NCBI GenBank assembly: GCA_015680685.1
Contig: MNCI01003473.1
Coordinates: 491,754 to 555,753, forward strand
Origin: Gnetum montanum
Taxonomy: Eukaryota; Plantae; Gnetophyta
Direction: 5' to 3'
Length of the DNA: 64,000 nt
The position numbers and the translations under genes were made by a program. Position 1 is the stretch's first letter. Each line of letters starts with the position of its first letter. The notes under the pieces were generated by a model. It did no database searches. It was not told where the DNA came from and was given only the letters and a program-made list of their open reading frames with translations. Positions 1-10,840 of this stretch are shown in pieces.

Positions 1-7
1 ACAACTC

Positions 8-2509
8 ATGTTTCCCCAAGAGTGTGTTCAGGCTATCCATGAGAAGTCCACATTCACTGCGGTGATTATGGAGTTAAACTTTGAATCTTTTGCAGAGTTT
101 GCTCCTGAGGTTGTTAGGGATCACCTCAAGGGGTCTCCCTTATGGCCTATCCTCTCCGAAAGCAGTGCCTGGTACCTAGGAGAGACGTACCAGTTTTGGC
201 ACAATAGGGAGCAAGGCACCACTGTTAACATTTGTGGTGTGACAGTTGACTTCTCTATACAGGCTATTTCGGAAGTGTTAAACCTTCCAAATACAGGGCC
301 CTAGGTTGCTCAGTTATCTACTCGTTCAGACCCTGATGTGCGAAAGGATTGGTTAGAGAAGGCTTATGGCAGAGACAAAGCATTTGGTGAATTGATGACG
401 GAAGAGAGAGTTTATTTCAAAATTGGAACATATCACCTCTTCCCCACAAAGGGCCTCAAAAGAATATCAACGTATGTGGCTAGAGGATGTGTAGTGCTGA
501 TGGAAAAGGTTAATGCTAACCTACCCCATCTATACTTGACGGAGATCCTGAGGTGATTCGAAGAACAGAAGACAAGGAAGATGGCGTTGCCTTTCCCTTG
601 TCTTATTAGAAAGCTTTGCCAACATGCTGGTATTTTAGGATACACCAATGACGTTCTTTGAAAAGCCCAAACTACTTCGTACGCTGAATTGTTAAAGGCG
701 CCAGCTCCAAGAAAAAGCACTGGTGAAGAGCTGAGACCCGAAGAAGAAGAAGAACAGATGACTAGACCACCTGCAACTCAACTTGCAGGAACCAGTTAAC
801 CTCCAGCCACAGGTCCCAGCCAACAATAAGAAGCAAGGCCTAGCATAGGCTAGGATCAGCTGCCATCACCGTAAGACTACAGACCGTCGATGAGCCATCT
901 TAGGACCATCGTTGAGACGATCAGTTGTGGAAGTTGTGATGACGCAAACCTCTTCCATGTCATCGATGATGTCAGGCAGCCTACTATTTCATTGGATCGC
1001 ACAAGGGGAGAAATATCCATTCAAGCAGGAGGAGGGAACAGTAGATGGTCACAACAGATCTCAGGAAACGCGACATCTTTTCAGATGCAGTTAGAGACTG
1101 GTGAAGGGGCCACTGTGGTGGTCATGCAACACCAGAATGCCGTGGGAGTTATAGAAGTTGTGGCAGATCACATCAAAGAATCCTTCAATGTACTTGTTGT
1201 GCCACTGACAGATCTCACAGGAGCACGAGATGCTCAAACTTTGGCCAGAACCTCAATGACTCCTGCGGAACATGAGGATGTGCTTGATAGATTGCTTCAA
1301 ATAGGGCAAGTAATGACATCCCTATTTGACATCCCTTAGGATGTCACAACAATTCAATCAGACCTCATTTCCACAAAGGGGAAGTTGATCATATCTGAAG
1401 TGAGGGCCGAGCATGCTGAAGCTGAAGTGCAAAAATTACAAGAGCAACTCGTGGCCTTACAAGCAGCACAGCGGGATCCTCTACAATTTGTTCCCGCGGA
1501 CCAGCTAGAAAACTTTAGAATCGAGCAACTAACAAAATTAATAGTAGAGAATAAAAAGGTGATGGAAGAAAAGGAGACGACTGTTTGGGATGCCTCCACA
1601 GCACAGGCGCAAACACATGCGCATCTTAAGGCACTCAAGGCCTTAAAAGAAGAAAACAAGCAGTTGGTTGCAGACAACCTTTGGTTGACCGCTGTAGAGA
1701 AACAAATGAACGTTCTCGATGAACACTTTCATCAACTACGAGAACAATTCATTCAGGTCAACTGAGATGTAAGCCTTTTAACTAGAGAAAATCAAGCCTT
1801 CTCAATGGAGGAGGTACATGCTATTCACCAAAAATCAGCAATTGAAATAAGCACGTGGCAGAATGAGGCTAAACGACATGAGAAGCTGAAGGAGCACTTC
1901 CGTGATCAAGTGAGGATGTACAAAAAAATCCTAGAGAAGGAGATCCATATGGCCAAGGCTCAAATCAACACTATCAGTGCTCAACACACTGATTGGAGGG
2001 CCATATTGGACATCTACGCCTTTGCCCACCAAGCAGAAGTTAAGAACTGGGACCTGCAGATTCAAGACTTGACAGAATACATGGAGTTGACAAACCTTAG
2101 ATATGTCAACCTTGCCATGTTAACAGCAAGGCACCCAAGGTTAGAGCTCGAGCAGTAGGTAGCTTCCACCCACATCAAATATGAAGCAGAATTTTTAGAA
2201 CGCAAGAAGCTGGCAGAAAAATTGGATGTTGCAAATTCTGAACTTGAGGTGGTAAATGCAAGCTACCAGGGACAAAAAGATGCTGCAACCGACTTGGCTC
2301 GATGGCTAACGAACCTTCACGAATACGAGAACAAAGCCAGAGCCTATGAGGAGGAATGACGGGTATTTGCGGTGTGGTATGTCAAAGCCAACCAGATGTT
2401 CCTGCAACTACCCTGTTCGTGGGAAGTACCGACTCCATCAAACATTGGAACACTAGCATGGATAGCACAAGACCCTTTGTCAAACATTGGAACACTAGCA
2501 GTGTGGTGA
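8..2509 (+). pseudogene. Decayed 3' extra (env-like) ORF of an Athila-like gypsy element: plant-transposon-protein-like N-terminal domain plus long coiled coil
   Basis: ORF pieces 8-304, 338-556, 890-1339, 1385-1765 and 1805-2158 are all in frame +2, separated only by stops (TAG/TGA/TAA consistent with C>T). Motifs ETYQFWHN..VNICGVTVDFSIQAISEVLNLP, KVNANLPHLYLTEI and MALPFPCLIRKLCQHAG (581-) resemble the VREFYAN..V.FS..IN..L.LP / INLG..I..EI / LPFPSLIT.LC..AG pattern of Athila extra ORFs. Directly followed by the family LTR. Confidence 0.75.
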
Positions 2510-3123
2510 ATGTAATTGTACGGCATCCTTTATTCGAGTGTGACGTACTTGGTCACGCACATGACTGGCAATAAAGTTCGAGATTACTTCATCATTGCAG
2601 CATTCACTTTGTTATTTATTTATTTATTTAATTGTTATTTACTAATTTCTTAATTAGTCTCTCACCCTTATCTCCTAGCAACGCGGAATGAGTACGACTT
2701 GATTACAAGCATTTAAGTGTGACTACTTGGTAACCCAGTGGTGTACCTAGGATCTGCGCTTGGTAATCCCAGTGATAGTCGTGCACGAAGTCCAAGATGT
2801 GTACGGATGATCAAGGAACAGATGCTCATTGCACTTACACTAGATTAGTTTTTCTTACCCTTTCCCTTCTAGCTTAGCTTAGTTAATATTACTTTCCATT
2901 GCCTTCAGGAGTAGCGTTAGACTAGAAACCCATGATACACCTCCCTATGGACTAAACCATACGTGACAAATATAATACTAGTCCAAGTGAGAAGACAGCG
3001 AACTGCGACCTAAGGTTAACGATCTAGGTGCCACAACTAGTCCGTCTACGGAGTTCGACCGGATCATGTGTGAAAACGCTCGTATTCTTATGGTTGAGTG
3101 TAGAGGTACCTCACCACTCATCA
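2498..3123 (+). mobile_element. Athila-like 3' LTR, U3 part deleted
   Basis: Colinear with solo LTR 50217-51086 from agtgtggtga onward; ends in the family U5 terminus gagtgtagaggtacctcaccactcatca at 3123. Confidence 0.9.
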
Positions 3124-3549
3124 TTGGTACTTCCCATCAAGCCACAATACCTCTTATAATATCAATAATTTTTTAATTAACAAACCTAAGGCCAATTTGG
3201 GATACTGTAACTTCTCTCACCCCATCCTACCTAATGCTATATATATTATTTTTTAGGTTTCTCTAAGTCTTAACATGAATTTTAGTGGAAATCAACAAAT
3301 TATTTTTTTTATGTTGTTAATTGATAGATCTTATGTTTTGGTTTTTATTAAAATCCAACTAAGGCTAGATTATTATGAATAATATTTATGATTTATTATT
3401 TAACTTTAATGTTGTATAAAACAAAAACTAAAATTTTATTGCATTCATAGACCCTCTAGATCTATTAGACAGTAGAAATGTGCAGATTGTGAGTCTTGAA
3501 AATATCATTAAAAAGATTACCTATTAACAATTGGAATAAATCAACCAAA

Positions 3550-4445
3550 TTTGTGATTGTAATATCTTACTTATGTTTAATGTGCTCAAATGCAAAACAT
3601 TGTATGAAAATGTGGTGTTCATCTTTAATGCTAGTTGCATTTCACCATACTCATTCTTCATAATGAATTTTAAGTCATTTGTTTATTTTAGCCTTAAAAT
3701 GATGTGATCCCATTTGTGTTCTACTAATTATGCATCACAAATGGTGAGAAATGAATTAAGCTTTCCCTTAAAGACTATCAAATAAAAATATTTTTCGCTT
3801 CTAAATTTTTCCAAAGATTTTAAAATACCATTTGTTTCACCAACTTGTTTACTTACTTAGGATTGAAGTTAAATATGTGCTCTTGAATATTCCATTTAAT
3901 GAAACTGGAACTAAAACCAATATTTTATTACATCTGTATAGACACACAAGTTAGATAAATGAACATGTGCAAAATACATTAGTAGTAGTAAATCATGAAA
4001 CCATCTTTTATATTAGGTCATCATCCTCACTTTATGGTAGTATATATTTAATGAATTCAAAAATATTATGAGTGTAAGCTATAAACTAACAAATATTATA
4101 AGGTATCATCTTTACTTTGAGAAGCATAATGTCATATTGTGTCTAATCTCTTCATTTGAAATTCTTATACCTATTTCCAATATGTATTTGTGAGATCAAG
4201 ACCCCATACAATGCACCCATAAAGAATGAGCTATTGGACAATGACATAATAGATTTGCTTTTGGATATCCCAAGCCAAAATATATGTATTTTTACATTTT
4301 TTTTCAAGGCAAAAAAAGTGTTGATGACACATGCAACTCTTTGAGAAATACATTAATCCTATTTGTAATTGCAAGAGCATTCTAGGCCAAGATATTTATA
4401 AGAGAAGGTTATATCCACTTGTTCATTTCCTATAGTAAAATTGTA
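3550..4445 (-). mobile_element. 5'-truncated, decayed non-LTR retrotransposon (RTE/RTEX-like ORF2 C-terminus)
   Basis: Minus-strand translation gives, in order: NEQVDITFSYKYLG (RT thumb YLG), KQIYYVIVQ*LILYGCIVWG (P.LLYG.EVWG motif), ISHHL*CIISR (SSH.L..ETGR motif) and IKDEHHIFIQCFAFEHIK (EDE.H....C knuckle). Confidence 0.7.
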
Positions 4446-6389
4446 TGTCTTATCACATATGCTATAAATCATTATTTTAGTTTTCTATACATTAACTTTC
4501 CTTCCTAACCAAAGTCATTAAGAATATTAAGCATTTATTACAACCCTTCCATTCCATTTCAATATTAAGTATTCAAACATGAATAAATAAACTAACTATA
4601 ATATAAATAGTTTTGTTAATTCAAACAAACATCAAGGCTAGTAGCAAACCTCCTACCCACATACCAAGGTGTATATGACCCACTAAACAAGAGTGTTTTA
4701 CCACAAGGCTGCTCCATGAGTGGAAGCAAAAATTAAACTTACAACCTTCCAGCCAAGAGATGAGTATTTTGAATACTACACTATACCCTAGGTGCTTGTA
4801 TTTCTTATTCATTATTTTATACAAAATAAGTTATTATCCTATCCATATGCTTATGGATGGATTCTTTATCCTTTATCTATTAAACATAATGAACAATAAA
4901 CCTTCCTGGACTTCTTTTCTTTAGTTTAACATTTATATTAATTTACCCTTGTCATTCATTTCCATAACTTATTTCACCAACCTATTTTCTAAGGATTCTT
5001 ATTTGGGGGATGGGGTATTGAAATCCAAAATATTTTTTTAGCAATACATACCATAGATAATTAGGAAGGTTGTTGGTACCCGAAACATTTTAAACAATAT
5101 TTACCCCCAAGATATATTGTCAAAATATACTTTAGAACTTAGTATTAACCTCGTAGATCTATTAGACTAGTTTCAACTTTTTTTTTTAACAAAACCTATG
5201 ACCTGGGATTACTAAGCCAAGATTTTTACCACTAAGCTAATAGTTTATTAAGGTTTCTATAAACATGTTATTCATCCTTACTTCTTAGTTAATGAATTTC
5301 TAAAGCAAAGGTTGTATCTAAAACAAAGAAATTCTTCACATAATAAAAGAATTTGCAAATCTATATACCTTTAAAACTTGCTATGAACATACTATTAAAG
5401 TGGATAGTTACAAAACTAACAACTTATACTATTTTTAATTCTAATAAAAATTAAAGTTATTTTTTCTTTTATAGGAAAGCTTCAACTTGCAATGTGAGGT
5501 GATGAAAGTAGCCAAAAGTGATAGTAATTTGTGCATTTTTAAAGTTATAATGTTACTAAGATGATAGTGCATAGCTTTTGAAAATAATGGTAATTATGTT
5601 TGAACCTTCATCTTTTATTCTATTTTCAATGTAGAGAGTGAGAAAATGGTCTCCTATTATATATTTTGTTAGTGACCATACTCTTAGTTATTAATTTTAA
5701 AAAAAGTTTTTTCTTAGGTCATGAGACTCTTCTCTATGCAACCTACTTATACAAATATTTCTAATTTAATTTTTCATAAATCTTAACTTTCTTCTTTTTG
5801 AATCTTATTAACCTTAATTTTTTGATATTTTAATAACACAATGTTTTTAAGTATAGATTACCATTAATAATTCTAAATTCTAACTTTTAACTCATCAAGA
5901 TAATTTAAGGTACTTGCTCACATATTGAGCATAATTCTTCATGATGTAACAATGGCTCTAAGTGCATTCTTCTTCGAGTCATTACCTTCATTCTTTTCTT
6001 AGGGCTTTTTCTTAGCAAAAAGCAAATGCATTTGGCTAATGATTATATCTTGTTGGTTGAGAGCCAAAGGTGGTAGGCTTACTCTTGACTTTTGAATGGT
6101 ACAACATTCAAAATAAAAAATTTTATATCACACTCCAAATGAAACATCTAAGTGCTCATAATACATGATAAACATCTTATGTCACACCTCAAATGAAACA
6201 TCTAGTTATTATCTTTTTCTTTTTTGTTCTTTTTAATGTACCCATTTTAAGGTAAAGTTATACTACTAACTCCTAGTTTCCTTATCTCAATGTTTTTTCT
6301 AATTTTCCATTCAAATCAACCAAGAATTCATAAATGGAAAATCTCATTATTGAAGATTGTATTGAGAATTTAGTATTTTTAAAACAAAG

Positions 6390-6640
6390 TATATAAGAAA
6401 GGGTTCAAAATTGCTGGTTTACTTGTTTCCTCCCCATAGGTTAAGAACCATGAAACACTTGGAATGTTTGTCAGTGATGCATTAATGTTAGGAAAACCTC
6501 ATCGACTTGGATGTTCCAAGGAATAATGGGTCTCATCCCTTTTCTTTTTCTATCTTCTATTCATTTCTTCATCTTGAAGAACTACATGTAAGCCTAATTC
6601 CATGATAATCATGGATATATATGCAACTTAGACTATAAAT
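6390..6640 (-). mobile_element. Dispersed repeat, probable decayed LINE (L1-like) RT fragment
   Basis: Aligns by eye with 50180-50216 + 51087-51290 (aacacttggaatgt..tgatgc..taatgttag). Minus-strand translation only weakly resembles the RT VNG...RQGCP region. Confidence 0.35.
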
Positions 6641-6875
6641 TTTAATGCAACTTCGTGTTGAATCTTGTACAAGATCATGAAAGGTATGCAAGTGAAGCAC
6701 CCATTGAGGATGCATTATTAAAATCCATGAATGTCATTCTTAATGTTTTTTATTATGTGTGTCCTTGATGGAGTCTAGATATATTTAACTATAGGTGAAA
6801 TTGTGATCTTCATGTTAGTATGCTACTTGAATCTCCTTCAAACAAGTTGAAGTGAGACATAGTTCTTAGAGTAGG

Positions 6876-6981
6876 TGTAATATAATCCCCACATCCTCTA
6901 GCCCAATTCTAAATGGATTTAAAGGAATTCGTAAGGTGTTGGACATCACTTGGAGCAACATCATTACAAATGGTATTAAAG
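6876..6981 (+). mobile_element. Possible TRIM-like short LTR plus degenerate tRNA-iMet PBS
   Basis: tgtaatataatccccacatc...cattaca followed by aa-tggtattaaag (cf. TGGTATCAGAG). No second LTR found. Confidence 0.3.
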
Positions 6982-7525
6982 TGTCATTTTAAGATTTATG
7001 TTGTGGTCGATGCTTCTCCAATATATTATGATCATAAATTTTGGTTTGTAACATTTCTTTTTTATGGTTTTCTAATTGATTATTATTTTTGATATTAGGT
7101 CATGAGGATTTTATCTTTTATGGTTGACATGATATGTTGTTGTAGAATGATCAACTGGCATCTATTTTGCTTGGAATCCATGCATTATTTTTTAATGCCT
7201 TTTATATGCTAAGTAAGCTAAGATGGAAAGCATGAAATAAATTAAAGTTTTACATTATGATTTTTTGTTGATATTTTTAGTTTCCAATAATTAAAATTCT
7301 ATTCTTTTATTAGGTTTTGGATAGGGATTTTATAGCAATATATAAAATATTGTTTAGGGAACTTTCAATCTTAGGTCTACATGATATATCAAAGATGAAT
7401 TTGGTTTGAAAATCAAATTCTTGAATATTGTAGAGGACCCTTGCATCCACTTTGATCCTTCAAATGATACTTTTTTTGATAAAAAAAATTCTCTTGGATT
7501 TACCTTATTTAATGCAACACTTTCT

Positions 7526-8686
7526 TGTTGAATTTTTTTGGTGTGTCAAAACCTTAGAAATAGAGAACTTTTTAATGTGTTTTCTAAGATTCTTATAGGC
7601 CTAAGGAAGATGAATTTGACACATTGAGAAGATCAAGCAAGGGAAAGAATCAACAATACCATATGCTAGAATTTAGGAGAAGATGTAAGGAATTGGAGAA
7701 GATCATGAGGAAAGGAGACATTTCAATCTAACAGAAGACATTAAGAAACTTGACAAAATCTCTCAAGATGACAAGAGACATCTCTACCAAGATCCTAGAT
7801 CTTAGCTAAGATGTCTTGTAAAAACAAGAGATGTCTCATAACTTCATGAGATGTCTTGTGTTAGGATGAGATGTCTTAGACAAGACAGCTCATAATCCAA
7901 GGAGATGTCTCACCTCTACCCAAGACATCTTATTTCTAGACAAGATGTCTCTTCTAAAAGTTGTCCAAAATCAATGAGATGTCCCAAGCCATGAGAAAGA
8001 CATCTCAAGTAGTCATTTCTAGTTGTTGCAGGGATTCCAACAAGCAAATGGAATAGATTAGACCTATAAAGGCAAGACAAACCAAAGTGTAAAAGAAAAG
8101 AAAAAAGAAGAAGCTTTAGGCAAGATATGTGAGCATGCATTGGATACATCATTATGAAGTTTGGGTTCTCAACTCCTCTATCTTTAGATGTGTTGAGCAA
8201 GAATTGTACATATATTTTTTAAAGTTAAGATCCTCAATTCTTCCATCTTTTATCATATTTTGTGTTGAGCTTCAAAGCAAGGAATCATAAGAGTTAGTTC
8301 AATTCATCCTTGTCCCGCATTCCATTATATGATTACCTTGAGGAGTTGGATGTGTTTCTTGAGGGAAAGCATTCATTATAGAGCTTGAGAGATTGTGGAG
8401 ACATGAAGGTTAGATTGCCATGAGGGGTTGGATGAGTTTCTTGAGGGAAATCATCTTTAAAGCCTAAGAGCTTTTTGAGACCTAAGGATCTATTATAATT
8501 GAAGCCTTATAAAAGTTGTGATGTCCTTAAACTACATTTTTCAGCAACAAAGTCTAGAGGTGTCAAGGATTCTACCCTGTGAGTGTAAAAGTACCCAAGT
8601 TTGAAAACCACATAAATTAATCATGTGAAAAGTTGGGAATTGTGTGGTTTGAACTTATTCACCCCATTCTAAGTTCTTAATATTCA
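7526..8686 (+). repeat. 5' LTR of SIRE-like element
   Basis: TGTTG start, TTCA end, followed by PBS; agatgtct/agacatct array in U3; TATA-like ctataaa at ~8063; two ~80-bp ggttggatg.gtttcttgagggaaa units near the 3' end. Confidence 0.9.
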
Positions 8687-8741
8687 AGTGGTGTCAAAGC
8701 CTTAGTACTCCCAATGTGAGTGTAAAAACTATGAGTGAATA

Positions 8742-10650
8742 ATGGATGGATCCCAATAAGCCATCAATGTTTGATGGAATCGACTTCACTTTTTGGAAGG
8801 CTCAAATGCAGGGATTCTTTGAATCTATGGATTTTGAAGTATGGAAATTCATCCTGGATGTATACTTCCATCCAACCTTGAGTGAGACACCAGATTTTAG
8901 GAACACCATCATCCCTCCTAAATAAAGAGGTAAGTGGTCTGATGAAGATAAGAGCAAATTTATGTATGGTTCCAAAGTTAGAAATTATCTTTATTGTACT
9001 CTGAGCAAACCTAAGTTTAATAGAATAGTTGGGTGTAAAACTACTAAAGAAATTTAGATTGTTTGAAAAGCTATTTATGAAGGAACCTCAGTAGTTAAAT
9101 AATCTAAACTCCTAGTTCTACAAAGCGAATATGACAAGCTCAAAATGAAATAGGGAGATAGAATTAAAGATTATTTCTCTAGGGCCAATGATATAGTTTT
9201 TACTATTAGAGAAATTGGAAAAGAATTACTAGAAATTAAAGTTATTATAAAAACTATTAGAACTTTGTAGCCTGAGTTTAGATCCAAAGTTATAGCCATG
9301 AAGGAAATCAGAGATTTCTCTATCCTAAAATTTGAAGAGCTATAAAGTGCACTTGTAGCACATGAGATGAATCTCATAAATGAAGGTGTAATCAAAGAAA
9401 AGTACATTGCCCTCAAAACTCATGCAAAGAGCTCCACAAAAAAAAAGTCATTTGATTATGAAGAAAACAATGATGATGAATTCACTCTCTTACTAAGATA
9501 GGTAAAAAGGCTTTTAGCATGAATAGGAAAGAGCTTCAATTAAGCAAGCATTAAAGGTAAGGAAAAAGGTAAGCAATTTAAAACTTCTAGTCTTGATATG
9601 TCTTCCATAGAATGTTGGGTATGTGAAGGAAAAAAGCATGTGATCTTCAAATGTCCTAGTTCTAACAAATTGTAGAAAAATGAGCATATTAAAAAAGAAA
9701 CGAAAGTAAAAAATATTTACACTAGTTGTGATGATGATTATAGTGAGGAGAAAATTGATGATATCTCAAGGAGCTCACATCTTCTTTACATGAATCTTGC
9801 ACATGAAGCTCTAATTAGAAACCAAATCAATGACATAGATGAAGGTGAAAAAATAATTGAAAAAATGTATGAATTTCTTTGCAATGAGATAATTTCCTTT
9901 CAAAACTTATGCATTAAAATGAAAAAGGCTTTGCATATTAAAGAATTAGAAATATCTCAACTTAATATGAAATGCTCAAATCTTGAAAAGAAAAGCTCAA
10001 ACCTAAGGATCGAGGCACAAAAGCTAACCATTTTCCATGAGTAGATCAATGAGGAACTTGTAGATTTGAAGCCTATCGATGAAAGGTTTACAAAAGGAAA
10101 AGAGACCTTATGGATTATGCTAGGACATAGAAGAGATCCAAGTAATAAAAGAGGATTAGGAAATAATTCCCATGTTGAGACATCCACAGGCATATCTCTA
10201 AAATGGAAATATTCACCTAGGTTTGAACATGTAGCACATATAAGAAATACTATGTGTTATTACTGTGCAAAGTTTGGGCATGTACAATGATTAAAGCAAC
10301 ATAACATGACTGCTTGGTCTCATCAAAAAAAGCTTGGAAAAGATGCCTTGTAGGTTAAAAGGATTTTCAAACCTAAAAAGAAAAAGTAAGAAGAAGAAAT
10401 GGTTGCACATATGACTCTCCTAGCCAACAAAAGAACCACCCTGAATAGTGAAAATGGAGAATCAAAAAACATGACTAGAGGCAAATATCAGTCTGTACAT
10501 TCCAGAGAAAAAAATTTATGAAATAAGAGATTCAAATAAAAACATTGGTGTTAGAAAGGATAAAAATTAGATGAAGTAAGGGAGGTTCTCTATAATGGAG
10601 GATCCAATCCTAATCATAATTAAGCATGCCAAGAACTAGAAGAAAGTAGG
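8742..10650 (+). pseudogene. gag: SIRE/copia gag pseudogene with zinc-knuckle and coiled-coil remnants and a trace of the protease region
   Basis: MFDGIDFTFWKAQMQGFFESMDFEVW (copia gag N-terminus), CWVCEGKKHVIFKC and CYYCAKFGH knuckles, HMT and EVLY..PN remnants; many stops. Confidence 0.8.
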
Positions 10651-10840
10651 GTATGGTTGGATAAGTGTTATTATATCATATTTATTTGCTTGACTTTTTT
10701 AGTTTTAATTAGTTGAATTAGAAAGTACTAGTGTTATGGAAATCATGATTGAATGGATACTATAGATTGGAGACCTTGGTGAATCCCAAGGACTTCACAC
10801 TTGATCTTATGAGATAATGTGATGCAAATAGGGCAATTGG

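Noticed and set aside
1385-2340. Host myosin/SMC-like coiled-coil gene
   Set aside because: In frame with the retroelement domain, intronless, stop-ridden, LTR-adjacent and homologous to another element's interior.
3124-3140. ttggtac after the LTR as a PBS
   Set aside because: Only ttgg matches the Asp PBS, and the LTR lies downstream of the extra ORF, so it is a 3' LTR.
7715-8010. CRISPR-like short repeat array
   Set aside because: 8-bp degenerate motifs with irregular spacing inside LTRs; eukaryotic context and no cas genes.
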